Origin: Lytechinus pictus | Lineage: Eukaryota | Assembly (NCBI RefSeq): GCF_037042905.1 | Contig: NC_087252.1 | Location: 5,768,001-5,832,000 of the forward strand | Length of the DNA stretch: 64,000 bases | Reading direction: 5' to 3' | Part shown: piece after piece, positions 26,106 through 41,100 of the stretch | Numbering within the stretch: position 1 is the first letter of the stretch | Layout: every line of letters starts with the position of its first letter | Position numbers and translations under genes: made by a program | The notes under the pieces: generated by a model | Databases searched by the model: none | The model's input: the letters and a program-made list of their open reading frames with translations, nothing else | Told to the model about the DNA's origin: nothing

Positions 26106-29100
26106 GTAAGTTGACTCATTTTTTTTTCTAAGCGTATGACCAACTTATTTATTGTTTAGAATAAACGATTATCCATATAAAATACAAAATTTTACAAGGA
26201 AAATAAATTCTTTTTAATGTGAGAGGGATAGCTGAACATAGAAAGAAAATGCGGGTTGTTTTTAATGTGAGAGGGATAGCTAAACATATAAAAAAAAAAT
26301 CAGTTTGTTTGTTTGATTTTTATTTTGAAAGGGATTGCTGGACAAAGGATTGGTTTTTTTAATGATTGGGTTTAACCCTAACCCTAATGTTACGGTCGTT
26401 ACCTAAATTCTAATGATGCGGATTTAACTTAAATAATGATTGGACTTTACCTTTACCCTAAGAACTAGGCATTACCTTTCACGTATCAAACTATACTTTC
26501 TAAACCAGGCGTCAACACCGTTATCAGCGTTATTTCAAACATCAGCAATATCACAGTATTATTATTCCAAACACCATCGTTTTTTTTTTATTTCACCACA
26601 TCGCATACATTATCACCATTATCAGAATTATCGTCCTTCTCATCGTTTTTTTTTCCTTAAAATATCAGCACTATTACCATCATTACCCGAGCACAAACTT
26701 AATATACTAAGACACAAGACAAGAAATAGTGTTCGATGTAGTCTTCAATCTTCTTTTTGCTTTATTCATTCTTTCCATTTTTTTTCTTTAAACAAGCGCA
26801 CACCTACTTTCCAAGAATGCGTAAAGCATTTTCATTTATTTGAATGCAGGATAAAAGAGCATTGCCGATTAAATGACTTCCTCACGGGCATAGGTGACGC
26901 GACCGGGGACTTGACACCGGACTTTCCATGTATAAGGCGCCTTACACCACTCGGTTTACTTTATATAATACGTTACACCCTTTTTTTTTACGATTTTTTT
27001 AATTAATGATTTCGAGGTATTCTTTTTCATAAACAAAACAATACCGCGCTTTCCATATTTTTAGGAGCAATAATAACAATATGTTTGGTGAAGTATCGAA
27101 ATCATCTTGGGTAACGCTATTGTCGCAAACACATCTACATGTAGCATGTCCACGAGTATTATTTTCATGATGTGCAACTACATTTCTATCACAAATTATT
27201 TTGGGGGTCATGTTGTGTTCATTTGAGACTTGTAGAGGATAACCGAAGAAAGAAAGCTAGAAGTATTTACGCAGTGGGTGGGAAGTGCATGGCGTTGTAC
27301 AGGCAAGCCAGACTCGAATAGTTCAAGGAGGGCCCGCATGTTGTCATCACTCGCTGTCGCAGAACGTACTCTATCCCATGTAAATGATCAGAGGTTAGTC
27401 CAGTGCACACATGGTAGATGATAGTGTGCAGACTTCAACATAATCAGTGTAAGGGTCCACGGTCCGAAACGTCGGTGAGTGCAGGAACGACAGCGGCATG
27501 ACACCAGCCACGGCTACGTCATCTGGGAGGTGCAATTTCTCTGCCTTGCCTGTAGGGTAGCGAGAGAGGCAATCTGGAGCTCAATGACGGACGACAGGGA
27601 CATGGAACATTCTGAAGTTGTATCGCAGTGTCTGTCTTCTCCTTTAGATTCCGCAAGCGGGGATAAGGGATCCCCTCTAAGGTCCTATCGCTTAAAATTT
27701 GAATAGCGGCTTGTGGTCAACGGCAATGGTGAGATCCTCTCATCCCTAGACGAAGTACTGTGCCTTGTCAAGAGCGGTTGGTATTGCTAGTGCTTCGACT
27801 TCCACATGAGCGTAGCGGGATTCAGCAGCATGAGTAAATCGACTCCCTACAAGTATTACATTCCAACCTGTGGCACAGCAGAAGGAGATAGTGCCACCGC
27901 AGGTGCAGTGTTTCTACAGAAGCCACAAGCCAATGCCATCCTTACACCAGTCCATTGCCAGGCAGGTAGGCTTGCTGGGGTCAAATATCCTCGCGCCATC
28001 TTCGATCACGCCCGCAGTGACGACCTTGGACTCTTTAAAGGCACGCTGGAGGGCAGTTGTCCAGACGAATGGCGTACTGGGCTTCAGGAGTTGACGAAAT
28101 GGTAACATATTCTCTGTCATACTGAAGGCCTACAATACTTGGTTGACAAACCTGATCCATGAGCGCGCTTCGGTGATATTAGACGGTGCTGGGAAATCAA
28201 GAATCGCCTGCAAGTATTCCTGGCATTGACGGACACTGTCAGTTGTGATTGCGAAGCCTTCGAATTCGACGCCAAGTGTGAATTTGGAAGGGTTGATGAT
28301 GATTGCTTTTCTACCAAAGATGCCCAGCCACTCGACTGCTCGGAAGAAGCTGCCTGCTAATGTGTCAGCCCAGAGTAGGACGTCACCAACACACTTTGTC
28401 TTGCATGGTATGGCTGACACAATCTCGTCTTATCGCCTGGTGTAGCCCTCATCAGAAGCGATGTTTCACTGAGGCACGGTTTTGTAGCGGTATTTACCCC
28501 GGGGTGTGATGACTGTCGTGAGATGCCGATTTTCCTGGAAGATGGGTACACTGTGGTAGCCATTCCAAGCCTCACAGACTGTCTTCTGCTTGCCTTGTGG
28601 AACTGACCTCGCTTGTGTTGAATAGTTGTCTACTTGGAATAGATCTAGAGACCAAGTCTCTTAATAAAATGTATTATTTACAGATCTGCATTTACTAAGT
28701 CTAGATCTATAAAATTGTAGGTACTGTGTTACATCGTGATTCAGATTAGGTAGTTAATATAAATTCACAAGGGTGCTAGCTATACCTTATAATTATTTAT
28801 TACTGTGATTTATTGTAATTGTTCCAACTTTATCTTGTTTGATCATTGCTCAATGAGTTATAGTTCCGTGTTTCAATTATTACTTATTTAAAATGACGTT
28901 CATTTATTATGGTGCACTCTCGTGTACGTATCTTTTCCCTTGCAATACATTGAGAGTTATTTGTAATTACAAGTAACTACTTAAAGTGACATATTCCACG
29001 TAAGTCTTAACACAGTTATTAATAATGGTTAGATACCCATGTGCTATTTGCAGTAAGTCGGTTAAAAAAGAACCAACAGGCATTATTCCCAATGCGTGCA

Positions 29101-32100
29101 TATATCTTGTGGACGGGTCCTGAAAAGCACTTATGATTCAGATCTGCATAGCTCTGTCCTATGTGGTTGACGCAACAGCTACCCTTTGGGAATAATGTAG
29201 ATGAAGTAAAATGCAGTGAGATGTTAGCAAGTACATGTACATGTATTCAAGATAAATCGAATAGCAATTTCAAATTAAACAAAATGAAAGGCACCAAACT
29301 TGTCTATCTCAAAGTAAGGAGTCTGGTAAATCAGGTTGCTGATGTACAAAATTTGCTTAGTAATAATCATTATGATATGTTCAGTTTGTCTGAAACATGG
29401 TTGACTGAAGAAAATTCTGATAGTTTGTTTGATGTTAAAGAATATAAGTATGTGAGAAGAAATAAGGGCACCCATGGAGGAGGAGTGGGTGTGTTATATA
29501 TCTGCAAATACTTATGAAGAATAGATCTTGAACATGTAACATTATAAATTGTGTGGCTCGAACTGCGGCGTGCTAATAGGAGCTCTCTGTTCGTTGGTAT
29601 ATTGTATAGGAAACCTGATAGTCAAAATTATTTGAGAGTTTAGAACAAAATCTCGAGAAAGTATTTGCAAAGACATGTAATGTTATTATACTTTGGATTT
29701 AACTGTAACATAATAACTAAAAATAATCCGTCAAAAAAGTGAACAAATCTATGAATGGCCAAGCAGATGACACAGGTTATATCTCAACCCACGAGATTTA
29801 CGCCTAACAGTCAATCACTTGTTGATTTTTTTGTATTTCTGGCTCAGGGGTGAATCCGGAGTACAGATAACAAGTTTAAGCGATCGCTATGTAATATTTA
29901 AAAATTCCATGGGGGTTTGATATTCCATGTGACGTGCCGATGTTAACCCTTTGGAGCCGACCGGTTTCTGTAGAGGAAACATATCAGTATTTACTTTTTT
30001 TTTGTATATACACTCGGCAAAAAAAAGCTCTTGGACACTTAGAAAACTTAAAATATTTCATATAAATATTTGATTAAAGGAAAATTATTGTATGTCAACA
30101 TGACCAGACAATGTTCCTCTTCCAGTATGACATGACATTTTCATGTTAACAGTCATGCGTGGGCGGTTAAATGCTTTAAACAATAGAAATGTCAATAAAA
30201 AAAAACTGCAAGAAATTGACTATTCAAAAGCTAATGATCATGGCCATCCTGTAGGCATACATTCAACAATTTCAACAGGGGGTTGTCCCCATCGAGCGAA
30301 CATTGCCCAAAGATTTTTGGATGACCACAATGTTCAGCGCTCGGATCCATGGCCCGCTTGTTCACCAGACATGAACCCGATTGAACACTTGTGGGATCAG
30401 CTAGGAAAATCGGTCAATCAAAGAATTCAACCAGGAGACACTTTTCAAGATGTCCGGCGTTATCTCCTGGAACTCTGGAAGAATGGGACAAAATCACCCC
30501 AGAGCAAATTTATACAATATTACAATGCGAACGTGTACTATTCCAAGAGATTCAAAGACGGCAAGAATTATTCCAATACACAAAGGAGGGTCATATGATG
30601 TCGATAATGTTGGACCGATCTGTTCTACCTACCTTGTCTAAAATATTAGAAAGAGCAATCCACAATCAACTGTATGTACATGTATACTTGAATGAAAACA
30701 AACTACCTACAAATTCCCAGTCAGCTTTTAGACCTTTGTATTCTATTACTGCATGTATAACTGATTAGGGCGAATAATCGGAGGTATTTTCCTCGATTTA
30801 CGTAAATGGTTTGATGTTATACCACGCAATTTCATTTTTCGAAAACTGAAGTTTTTTAATTGAGGGTAACGAATATGATTGGAGTAAAGCATATTTAATA
30901 GACATGAGATAGTTTGTGGTAGTAAATAATCGTATCAGTGAAGTATCAGTAAAAGTATAAAAATCAGATCAGACGTCCCACAGGGATCCAAAAGTGGACA
31001 TAAGTGAAAAGTGTCCTCATGCAAGGCTTTTATGAAAGTTGATTATATCCATTACAAAGAAGTATATTAGGGAGACAAATTTGTATATAATTCAAAAAAT
31101 AAAGAACACATGGTTTTTACTAGGGGTGCAGAAAAAGTGGTTACTCACGTTACGGTTCAGATGGGCTATATGTCCACCAACCTATGGAATTGCCCTTAAG
31201 ATAATTATGTTATAAACAACCACACAGCCACGCTGTCATTTGAAAGTGATATTGACCTGGGATGAATTTTATTTTTAATATAACTAGCATTTTAAATTTA
31301 AAAATTGACTACATATTCGTGTATTGTTCTCTGCAGAGATTCGAGGTTCGATCCCTGGTCACGTCTTTAGGATGGTGACGTTAAAGGTCGGTCCCAGACG
31401 TAAATAATCATATCTGTTTGATACACGTCTGACAAAACTCAAATACACTGCTTCAAGTTTCAAGTTTATAGTTTGCTTCATTTAATTTCAACTCAACTCC
31501 CAATTTCATAACATAGAAATTTAGGCCGCAGTATACAATATTACAATTATGCAAATTAATACTATTTATATACATTGTTTACACCCTGACAGTTTAAAAT
31601 GAGAATGAATAAGTGTTCATTTGATTTACTTTCAGTACGGAAGCGTGAATGTTAGCATCAAAGACCTCGTCACTGAGAAATGGGGCAATGAGACGTGGGA
31701 GAAAATCAGGTAAGTGCCCCCAATTCATTTATTTGTTTCACTCTAATAAATAAGCAGACCAATCATACCGATGAAAGAAAAACAAAACCAAAACAACTAC
31801 AAGTTATTGACTTGTCTATGTTAACAAGACTATAATATCACGATTTTCATTTTGTTTCTCCCAAGGATAAAAGCTGGTGTTGATGATCGTTTTGTCAAGT
31901 TTGATATGTATCCTGACTCGATCACATATCAGATCGTCGGAGCTGCATCCGAGGTTTTAGGTAAGATCATTTTCCATTAACGTTCATGGGTCCTCCACCC
32001 TTGGACTCCCTCTTACATGTCTGAGTTCATGTCACCTATTGGTGGTGATTTTTTTTTTACCTGATTGCTAAGAAAGCATTAATGCTTGTAAGCAAGCAAC

Positions 32101-35100
32101 CAGAGGACCGACGGCTTAAGGTCCCTCTCCGAAGGACCTGGTACTGAGGATAAATGCCTTACCAAAGGGCACTAGCGCACCAAGTGGGAATCGAACCCGG
32201 GTCACCGGAATACGAATCCCCCGCTCTGCCGACTGAGCTATCGCGCCTCCTATTTATTCCCCCTGCCCCCTTTCAAATTAAGAAACTACACCCTCCCACC
32301 ACCATGACCACCCGTGTATTTTCACCTCTTAAACGATATTTTTTTGGTATGCGTTTTTCATGCTCTATGTCGAGTTAAAATATAGTTCCACTGTTGCTTC
32401 AAGTTTCATGGCTTTTTACAAGTTCTATAGATTATGGTTACTCTTGTAAGCGTGTATATTGTTCACAACTCACCCTATTGATTGCTAAGCGCAACAACAA
32501 TAACATTTTTATTCGATATCAAATTCAATAATGAGACAGACATGTCTAGACGAGTGAACGCAGTGTAAAAAATGTATTCTTAATAATGATTAACATGGTG
32601 ATCATAATGCTAACTATTACTGTTAGAGCAAACATCATGGCAACATTTTGAATCCTTTCCCATTGTCCAAAATTCCCCCGAATATGGAATAAATTCAATT
32701 TTGATGTTAACGTCACTGCCTTTTTGAGTTACGGAATAAGTTACACTCACAATTCACACAATCACAAGAAACTAAGATGTGCCGTTGGTTGTGGTTTTTA
32801 ATCTCATGCATGATACATAATACATTATGTGAATAGGCTTAATAATCTTGACGATTACAACATGAATAACTTGGTTGTGAGATGATTTTATACTAATATA
32901 ATTTGAATACATATTAGTACGGTTCTTAAATCTGTAAATCACCATCCTAAGTTCAATGTTATAACTTCATAAAATGGGTATACCACTTAATCAAAGAGGA
33001 CGGCTTCAGCATAACTACTTGGTAGGACCCGGGTATATTTTATCCGATAATTCAATCACAATTTACTAAAGCGTCCGCCCCCACGCGTCCGCACATCCCT
33101 ACCCGGGGTGCATAATGACGCAACCAATTCCTCTCTGCATAGGGTGCCCACTTCTACAGACGAGGAAACATTCAAAGGGCACAACATTAATAAACACTGC
33201 CCGAACTAAATTCATCTCCACATGATAGGGTGTGAACCTATATGGACGAGGAAACAATCAACGGCACAACATGAAATAAATGGGGCATAATTAAGACGCA
33301 ATGGCCAATACATCCGATCTCAAATAATTGAAAACAATACACCTCCCTGCTGAGCTTTACATGGTGAACACCTGGTGAAGCCGGCCAAATACGTTAATGT
33401 TCTTCTCTAACATCAATTCCACATAATAGCATTTAGAAAGATAGTAATCATAATACTGCAAATGATGATGATGATTATAATAGTAATACAAATGTAGATA
33501 ATGACAATATATCGTTTTAATTCAATTGATTCTTAAGGGAAAACGAGGAGTTATGAAACAAATTCATACTAAAAATGCAAGCTTATATTCCTCGATAGAT
33601 CGTGACACCCGATACTATGTTGTTTGGTTTCCCTTGCCTTCCTATTTTTAGATTTCAACAAAGACATTACAAGAAATCAATGAATTTCCTATTTTTTTGT
33701 TTAAATCTTGTTCATGTTGTTAATTCATGAACGTTTAGCATATTAAACACCTTGCATTCGATTTTTTTTGTAAGGAAATTCATCGCAGGGATCGATTCTC
33801 CAGAAAGTGACAAGTGACATGTTTGGCGAGATTCGTAGCTTTAATTACAATTTACACAACTATTTCTCGGTTCCATTTTGATTAAGAATAACACAAAATA
33901 TCACATTGGCCTATGTAAGTATAGGAATACAGTTATTGAGGTAAAGGATGTAGAATGATGGTCGTGATGACTATGACATTCATATTGGAAATATTGCTTT
34001 AACCTTACAAATCGAAAAATTTGCCACGGTTTTTATGGTGATGATAATAAAGATGAATGTGTGATGATGATAATAATAGTACTGATAATAATAAAACAAT
34101 AATAAAACAACTACATGGGAAATAAAGATAAAGAAGAACACAGCTCATTAAATATATTTTTCTTATCCTAGTAGCTCTTTCTCCCATATATTTTCTGGAT
34201 ATAAAAATCATATCGTACTTAACCTTCCCTAAATGAAAAAAAAAATAATGAAATAAACACAAACACACACTGACAAAATACTAATGTAATTCTTTTATAA
34301 TCTTAAAGTTCAGTTAAAATGATTTAGACGGGGGAAAATTACGCAGTAGCATCAATTGCGCATATTCCCCGTCTGTGCATTTTTGTACTATTCTTGCCGA
34401 AATTATATTCTGTTACGTTATCCACAGTATTATCTTCATTAGTTTAATAGTCTAAAACCATGGACTATAAAAGCGACGATATCGGCATCCACATTGACGT
34501 TGATGGACAAATAATCTAACAAAGGCATGCGGGTGTATATTCGTGCTGAGGTGTATTTCTGACATATGATCGAAGGAAATTCATCTTAGTTCCTAAAACA
34601 TTGTCAAGGAAATGGTAGAAATGCAGGACTTGTCGATATTGCTCGCTATTGGGCTTATTTGAATTCAAAAGCTAATTCTTGTTAATATGTTTACGCTTTC
34701 ATGCGAATGGAAATTATGAGGGGGAAGCTTATCTTGTAGAATCTGTATGCATATACTATATTTTGAAAGGAAATCGTTGGGTTGGTTTTCTCTTTTTAGC
34801 CTTACATAACACTGCATAATGTGATATTTCTCAGGAATATAAGAATTGATATGGCGTAATAAGATTGTCCTTTTGAAATAAAGTTAGACTTGCCTGACTA
34901 ATAATTGCCAGGATTGAAATAAGTGGCAATGTCATGAATGTGAAGAAACGAGACTCGTGTGGTAACATTTGCCTGCCTACAAGAATGTCAGTCCTTATAT
35001 TTTATATTAATCAAATTAACCTTCCCCTACCAGTATGCTTTTTATTTACTTCTTTATGTTCATCCTCTCCTTCTTTCTCCCATTTGAAGTTGCATTTTGA

Positions 35101-38100
35101 AATGTGATTAACCGCGTTCGGCCTTGTATCATATTTTGCAATATGTTTCAAATATGTAAGGTTTATTCAAGTCTTTGAGCCACAGAGAGCCTATGTCAAC
35201 GCTTAATTTAGATCTCAATGGCCTGTAGTATAAGAAATTAAGGCATTGAGCAATGAAAACAGAGACAAGCTACACATGCAAAACTTAATTATGGGGAAAA
35301 ATAAAAGAAAAGAAAATCCCAAACCTTAAATCATCATCTTTAAAATACTAAAGATTTATCTAGATTCGCCAGTATTGATCTATGAAAGAAGAAAATGCAG
35401 GGGCTCCTAACTTATTAGTTAACTATTTTTTATTCTATTTAAAGTATAAATAAAATGTTTCGATGTCGACTATTAATGTATTGTTTTTGTGTGTGTGTGT
35501 TTCGCATGGGTCATATAGATCAGATAGCACCCAGACCCACTTAGAACAGAATAACGCGTTCATAATAGACCAGCTTCGTCTAGATTAAAGGGAAAGTTCA
35601 TATTGAGAAAGGTTTGGTTTTAATAATAGCTGAAAAAATAAACACAAATATTAGTGATTGTCTGAGGGAAAAACCATCAAAGAATAAGAAGGCTATGAAG
35701 TTATGAAGTTTTCAATTTGTAACTTCAGATGTGAGCAGCTCCCCCATGTATCATGGTAAATGATGGGGATTTTTTTTTACCTGACTGCTAAGAAAGCATG
35801 AATGCTTGTAAGCAAACAACCAGGGGACCGACGGCTTAAGGTCCTCTCCGAGGGACCTGGTAATGAGGATAAATGCCTTACCAAAGGGCACTAGCGCACC
35901 GAATTGGAATCGAACCCGGGTCACCTGGATTCAAATCCCCCGATCTACCGACTGAGCTATCGCGCCTCATGGATTAAAAAAATTTAATCGAATACGGTGA
36001 ATAAAAATATTTTTCTTACTGAAAGTGATATAAAATAAATGTGTCTGATTGTATAGCCTATCCATCACTGTAAATAAAATCATTTTTATTTATATTAGAC
36101 GACATAAGTAACAGCTGATCGTCTGTGAAGTCACAAAATCAAACAACTTTGAAAGATAAAAACTCATTTACTTATCGATGGAATTTCACTTAACCTTCAT
36201 TAATGTATTTTGATAATTTTCCGATTTTAAAAAATCAGGGTGAAATTCCGATTTAAGTTGAAGAGATAATACACTTTACATATGCGGTAATAGGGTATTG
36301 TTGTTTATGTTATTCATTTAAAATGAATGTAATTATGTTTGTTAAAAATGCATACTGTAACTAGAACAATAAGCAGGTGTGATGAAGAAAGAGAGTGACG
36401 AAAATAGGAATAAAATGTCATATTGCAGCATTGTCAAACAATACCAAACTGGCCCTCAAAAAATAAGAAATATACTTTAACATTCTGGCTCTCCTCTGAT
36501 CATGGCTTTCAAGTCTAAACCATTTTTGAAGATTTGTTCCATTCACAGAGGACAGATGAAGGTCATAGAAACTGCGCAGTTCTGTCTAAAAGCTTGCGGT
36601 AAAAATCCGAATGATATAGCATTTTCAAGTCTTCATCATGCCTGTCAAAATAATAATATCTAATACACTAATCCGCAAACGCATGTCCTTCTTGAAAAAT
36701 ACATAATGATAACGACCTTGTATTCGTGTGGTGAGAAAATTCGCGTGGTGAGAACTTTCAACAATATACATGTACAATATCGGATTATAATGACAATGAA
36801 GGCTGTCAGCATCAGTCACAACGCTTACAAATTTTTCACCAACTGCTCGCTCTGTATCTGTGTTGGAGGAATGGATGGAGTAAATACAGATATATATGTT
36901 ATTTACTTGCATTTTCACAGCTTATGCCCCTTTTGAATTAAGTTTTTCAATGATATTTGAATGAAAAACAAAGCTAGAGAAAAAATAGAAAGTATAATTG
37001 CCAACTTTCGGCTGGTACAGGTGGATCAATCAGTCTGACCTGTATTTGGAACTCAGGTGTAGTTAGCCTAAACGCTTGATTTAACGTGTGGTTTAACTAT
37101 GGAAAGCCAATAGTGACAGAGATCTATAACAGTACTGTACATGCTCAGTTTATCAGCTTTTTTATATTCGAATTTTTCATAAATTGTCTCGGAATAATAA
37201 CTTAGATCATCGCAGTTACCATTAAAGCATTGGAGAAAAAGCACAGTGAACATTGTACACAAAAACTAGACATTTGAAGCTTCTCATAATTTTAACATAG
37301 AGTAAAAAAAATGGCAGAAATTAATCTTAATTAAGAATATACCTTATGCATTGACGTCAATCATGCTTGGTTATCTAAAACTGGCGCATCTCTGACATGT
37401 CTGACACCCAAGAGACAAGTCAATTCCTATAGCCTCAAGGGGAGGGCGCTATAAAATTGTGACGTTATGCTTAAGGTATAATAGGCCATGACCTTTTTCG
37501 TTAATAAATCAACCCCATATTATCTAACATCATCAATGGAAAAAAGCGACACACCCTGGCATTTTAAGTATACCGAGCTTACAGAGACCAACAGCAAAAG
37601 GGGGAATTTTAAGCTTTTGTTAAAAATTCAACGAAAACCTCAAAATAATCGTAATGAATGTCTTATTTCATCCAAGAAATGGATCATGGATATGAACTTG
37701 TAAATGGCGGGGATCAAAACATAATGAACTGTTTCAACACCCCCTTGCCTAAAACTACATTTTCGGCAGCTTTTTATTCGTGCATTCCATTATTCAAACC
37801 TTATCAATGCCTACACACTTAAAATGTTAGGCAACATAAAACTGACCACTGTCATGACTGTGTTGGATAATGTACATTGGTAAAAAAAAAATATTCTGGG
37901 CAATTATTATCAAATTTAGCAAATTTATTACCAAATTCATAGTTTTAATTACCCAATTTGGGCATATTTTAACCGACAGTTGTGTAGACATTATGTTGAC
38001 CAGCGTTTGTTAAAAAGTTGGGCATTTTTGCCCTACTATTTTAAGAGTGTAGTACCATTCATTATTTATGTTTCTTTAAAGACTAATTTATATCTCTCTT

Positions 38101-41100
38101 GTGTTGTTTCTATGAGCCTTGAAATATGAAATACAAATTTTCATTGGTTAAAACTTACTTACCTTGAGAAAGCATGTTCCTTAATCCAATTAGATTATAT
38201 CATATTATTTTGAGCCAACTGTGTAAGCTGATGTTCGCCTCATCTTACAAAATTGCAGGACTTGAGTAAAAGTCCTGGTGTCGCGGTTGTTGATTTCCGA
38301 TGTTCAAAATATAGCTAGAAGTTTAGATTTAAATTACCTTAGCCTATTTATTTGTGTATTTGCTTCCAACAAAACGAATCCACATTTATTCGTTGCATTG
38401 GTATTTTTTCACTAGTGACTATACAGTGATTCCTTTTACGTCTATCAATTACTTCTATATTTATTTTTTAACTTATTTATTCATTCATTCATATGTTTAT
38501 TTATTATTATGATTTTTATTTCTTTTACTTTTCTTTTCTTTTTATTTTCTATTTATTTATTTTATTTTTCAGTGGGAGGGGGGTTGAAGGTATAAAATGA
38601 AATGCAGCATTATAATTTAAAGCATTTGAGTTGTGACGTCAAATGCGAGCAGCTTTGGTACATTTCGCATGGTAAAAAAAACAATGAAATGTCAATTTTT
38701 CAGAAAATGGCTTTTATTGTACCTTCAGTATATTAATCCATTCATTTCACACCAACTCCTCAAAAGAAAGCAACAAATCATTACGTACCTCTAAAATATT
38801 TAAATTTATGCATTATTACATAACAAATGGGGCAGTTATTTGTATATGACGTCAAAAATCCAAAAATTATATTACAATAATTATTTTAATCTTTGATCGA
38901 TTTTCCTCAAACCCCATGACAAGTATTGTTAATTACTTTTCTGCTTTTTACAGCAAACTTTTCGTCAGGGTGAACCTCCCCTTTAATCCATTTTCAGAAA
39001 CCGCCAAGGCGCCAACCACACCAAATTGATTAACAAATTTATCGATTCTGCTTAATGACAATGATATCCTTAAATGTCACACGCATGGGAGTTACGATCA
39101 GAAAGGGTATATTTGGGTTAACATCATAAAGCGACAACGATAAGTTGTGTAAGAAGTCGCCGATTTTTGTTTTCTCCACAAGAACATAATTTAGATGAGT
39201 TCACATTACAGTTATCTTGAAATTTTATTTTTAATGAATTGATTTTAAAAGTCATACGGTTAAAATATTTCAATTTCCTAATTCGCAAATACATTATTAA
39301 CGGTTGACTTGTCAATATAATAATTTGATTTTAACTTAGGCAGATAATAAAAAATAGGGAGAAATTATATATTTTTTTATGTTTGAAGAGTTTGTCTGGA
39401 GTAGAGGGAGGAACTTTTCGGGGAGATATGTGTTCATTGCAAGGGAAATGGACAAAGAAACCATTGTACCCCGACTCTATAGTGATAACCAGAAACGTCA
39501 TCGGGTAGTTAATTTGATATGTATTCCATTATTTCTTACATATTTTCTTTTGAAACTGTCTTTAAAAAGAAAAGGAGAAGAAAATTAATAATCAAATAAC
39601 ATGAATAAGATGGACGCCAAATAGAAAAAATATCAATATCGTGTTCTCGAGGTATTTCCACTTAATTAATTTATAAATATACCGCGTATTCATTTGACCA
39701 AAGAAAATACAATAGGGGGAGAGAAATAAAATTACAGGATGGACATATTTGTTATTTTTTGTTTTTCCGAAAACCAGTGTAATTCTGAGTACCTTCAGAG
39801 AAAATGTAATTAAGCAATGGACATCAAACTTTGCTTTGGTTCGATGCAGAATGGATACCTCTCTACGTGTTCTATATAGGATGAGGTTAAATGGCTATAT
39901 TTAACAGTTGTGATTTACATGTATCAGTGTGTATGAAAATGCTAAACTCAATCAATGTTATAATTGTATAAGTACAGTTTACAATAAAACGCAGCAACAT
40001 AAATTGTTTTAATTTTTGTCAAAATGACTTTTTTTCATTTCAATACATGGCCACACGAAAAAAAAAACTTTCCGGGGGGGGGGGGGGGCAAGGAGGCGTT
40101 GAAAAACAATGACTGCGATGGAGCGACGTGATCGACCTTGTCATTGGGTGCTTTCGCGTATTCTGTCGTGAAATTGAAGGAATTCGTGCACAGTTTTGGT
40201 GAATTTTGTGAGTATAAAATGTAGGTTTTCAACATTTCGGGGTAGGGAGCAACTTGCCCCTGCCCTCTCTGCGTACGGCCATGGTTCAGTATGAATTAAA
40301 ACTACTCGTATCATTACACTGTTGCAAGCAATATTTGAATGCAAACTTTCGGGTCAGTAGAAAATAAAATCTAGCCCGCGCTTCGCGTTCGCATTGTCTG
40401 TCCAGTGATATACTTACTTACATACTTATACAATCCAGTTAGTAATGAGGGATGTTTTTTCAAATCTGTTCAGGTCTGTTTTCAATGAAACAATCACATC
40501 GTGCTTCGCGCTAGCATTTATTTTCTCAGTGATATACCAATGAGGCGCGTCTCCTTGACTGGGCCGTTCTTTGTTCCTTTTGCAATTTTGTTTTTTTATA
40601 TTACTTTCCATTGCCTTTCTCGCATACTGACCACAAATGACTGATCGTGTACTGTCTGCTGCTTGTTTACCCGCTTGCAATGTGTTCACATTGGATCCAC
40701 CCATTCCTGATACATTCCGCTTGCCTTTTTATTTCAGTCTGCATTTACCTAAAACGCCCCCACTTGCTTTCGTAGTTAAGTCCGAACTTTCCGGAAATAC
40801 CCCCACTTGCCTCCTCAGTTCAGTCCGCATGGTCCGAGCGTTTCGGAAACATCCCGCATGGCTTCTTCTTTAAAACGGTCCTGACCGAGTAAGACGCGGA
40901 AGGGTTTAGGAAGGGCGGGACATCATTAGGACATCGTCAAGACAAGGTCCAAAGGTGTCAAGAATTCAGTTTCCGCGTCCAAATTTTAGTCGAGACCAAG
41001 AATTGGATGCGGACAAATATTGATCTCCCGAACCCAAGGAAGGTTTTAAGACTTTTTGCGTTCATTCCCAGTACTGTCCGGACAGGATTCCGAAGGGACG

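Noticed and set aside
26372..26387. Interstitial telomeric repeat (taaccc)
   Set aside because: Only about 2.5 units; too short to be meaningful.
26440..27006. 188-aa ORF in intron 1
   Set aside because: TTG start, low-complexity composition, no recognisable domain or splice support.
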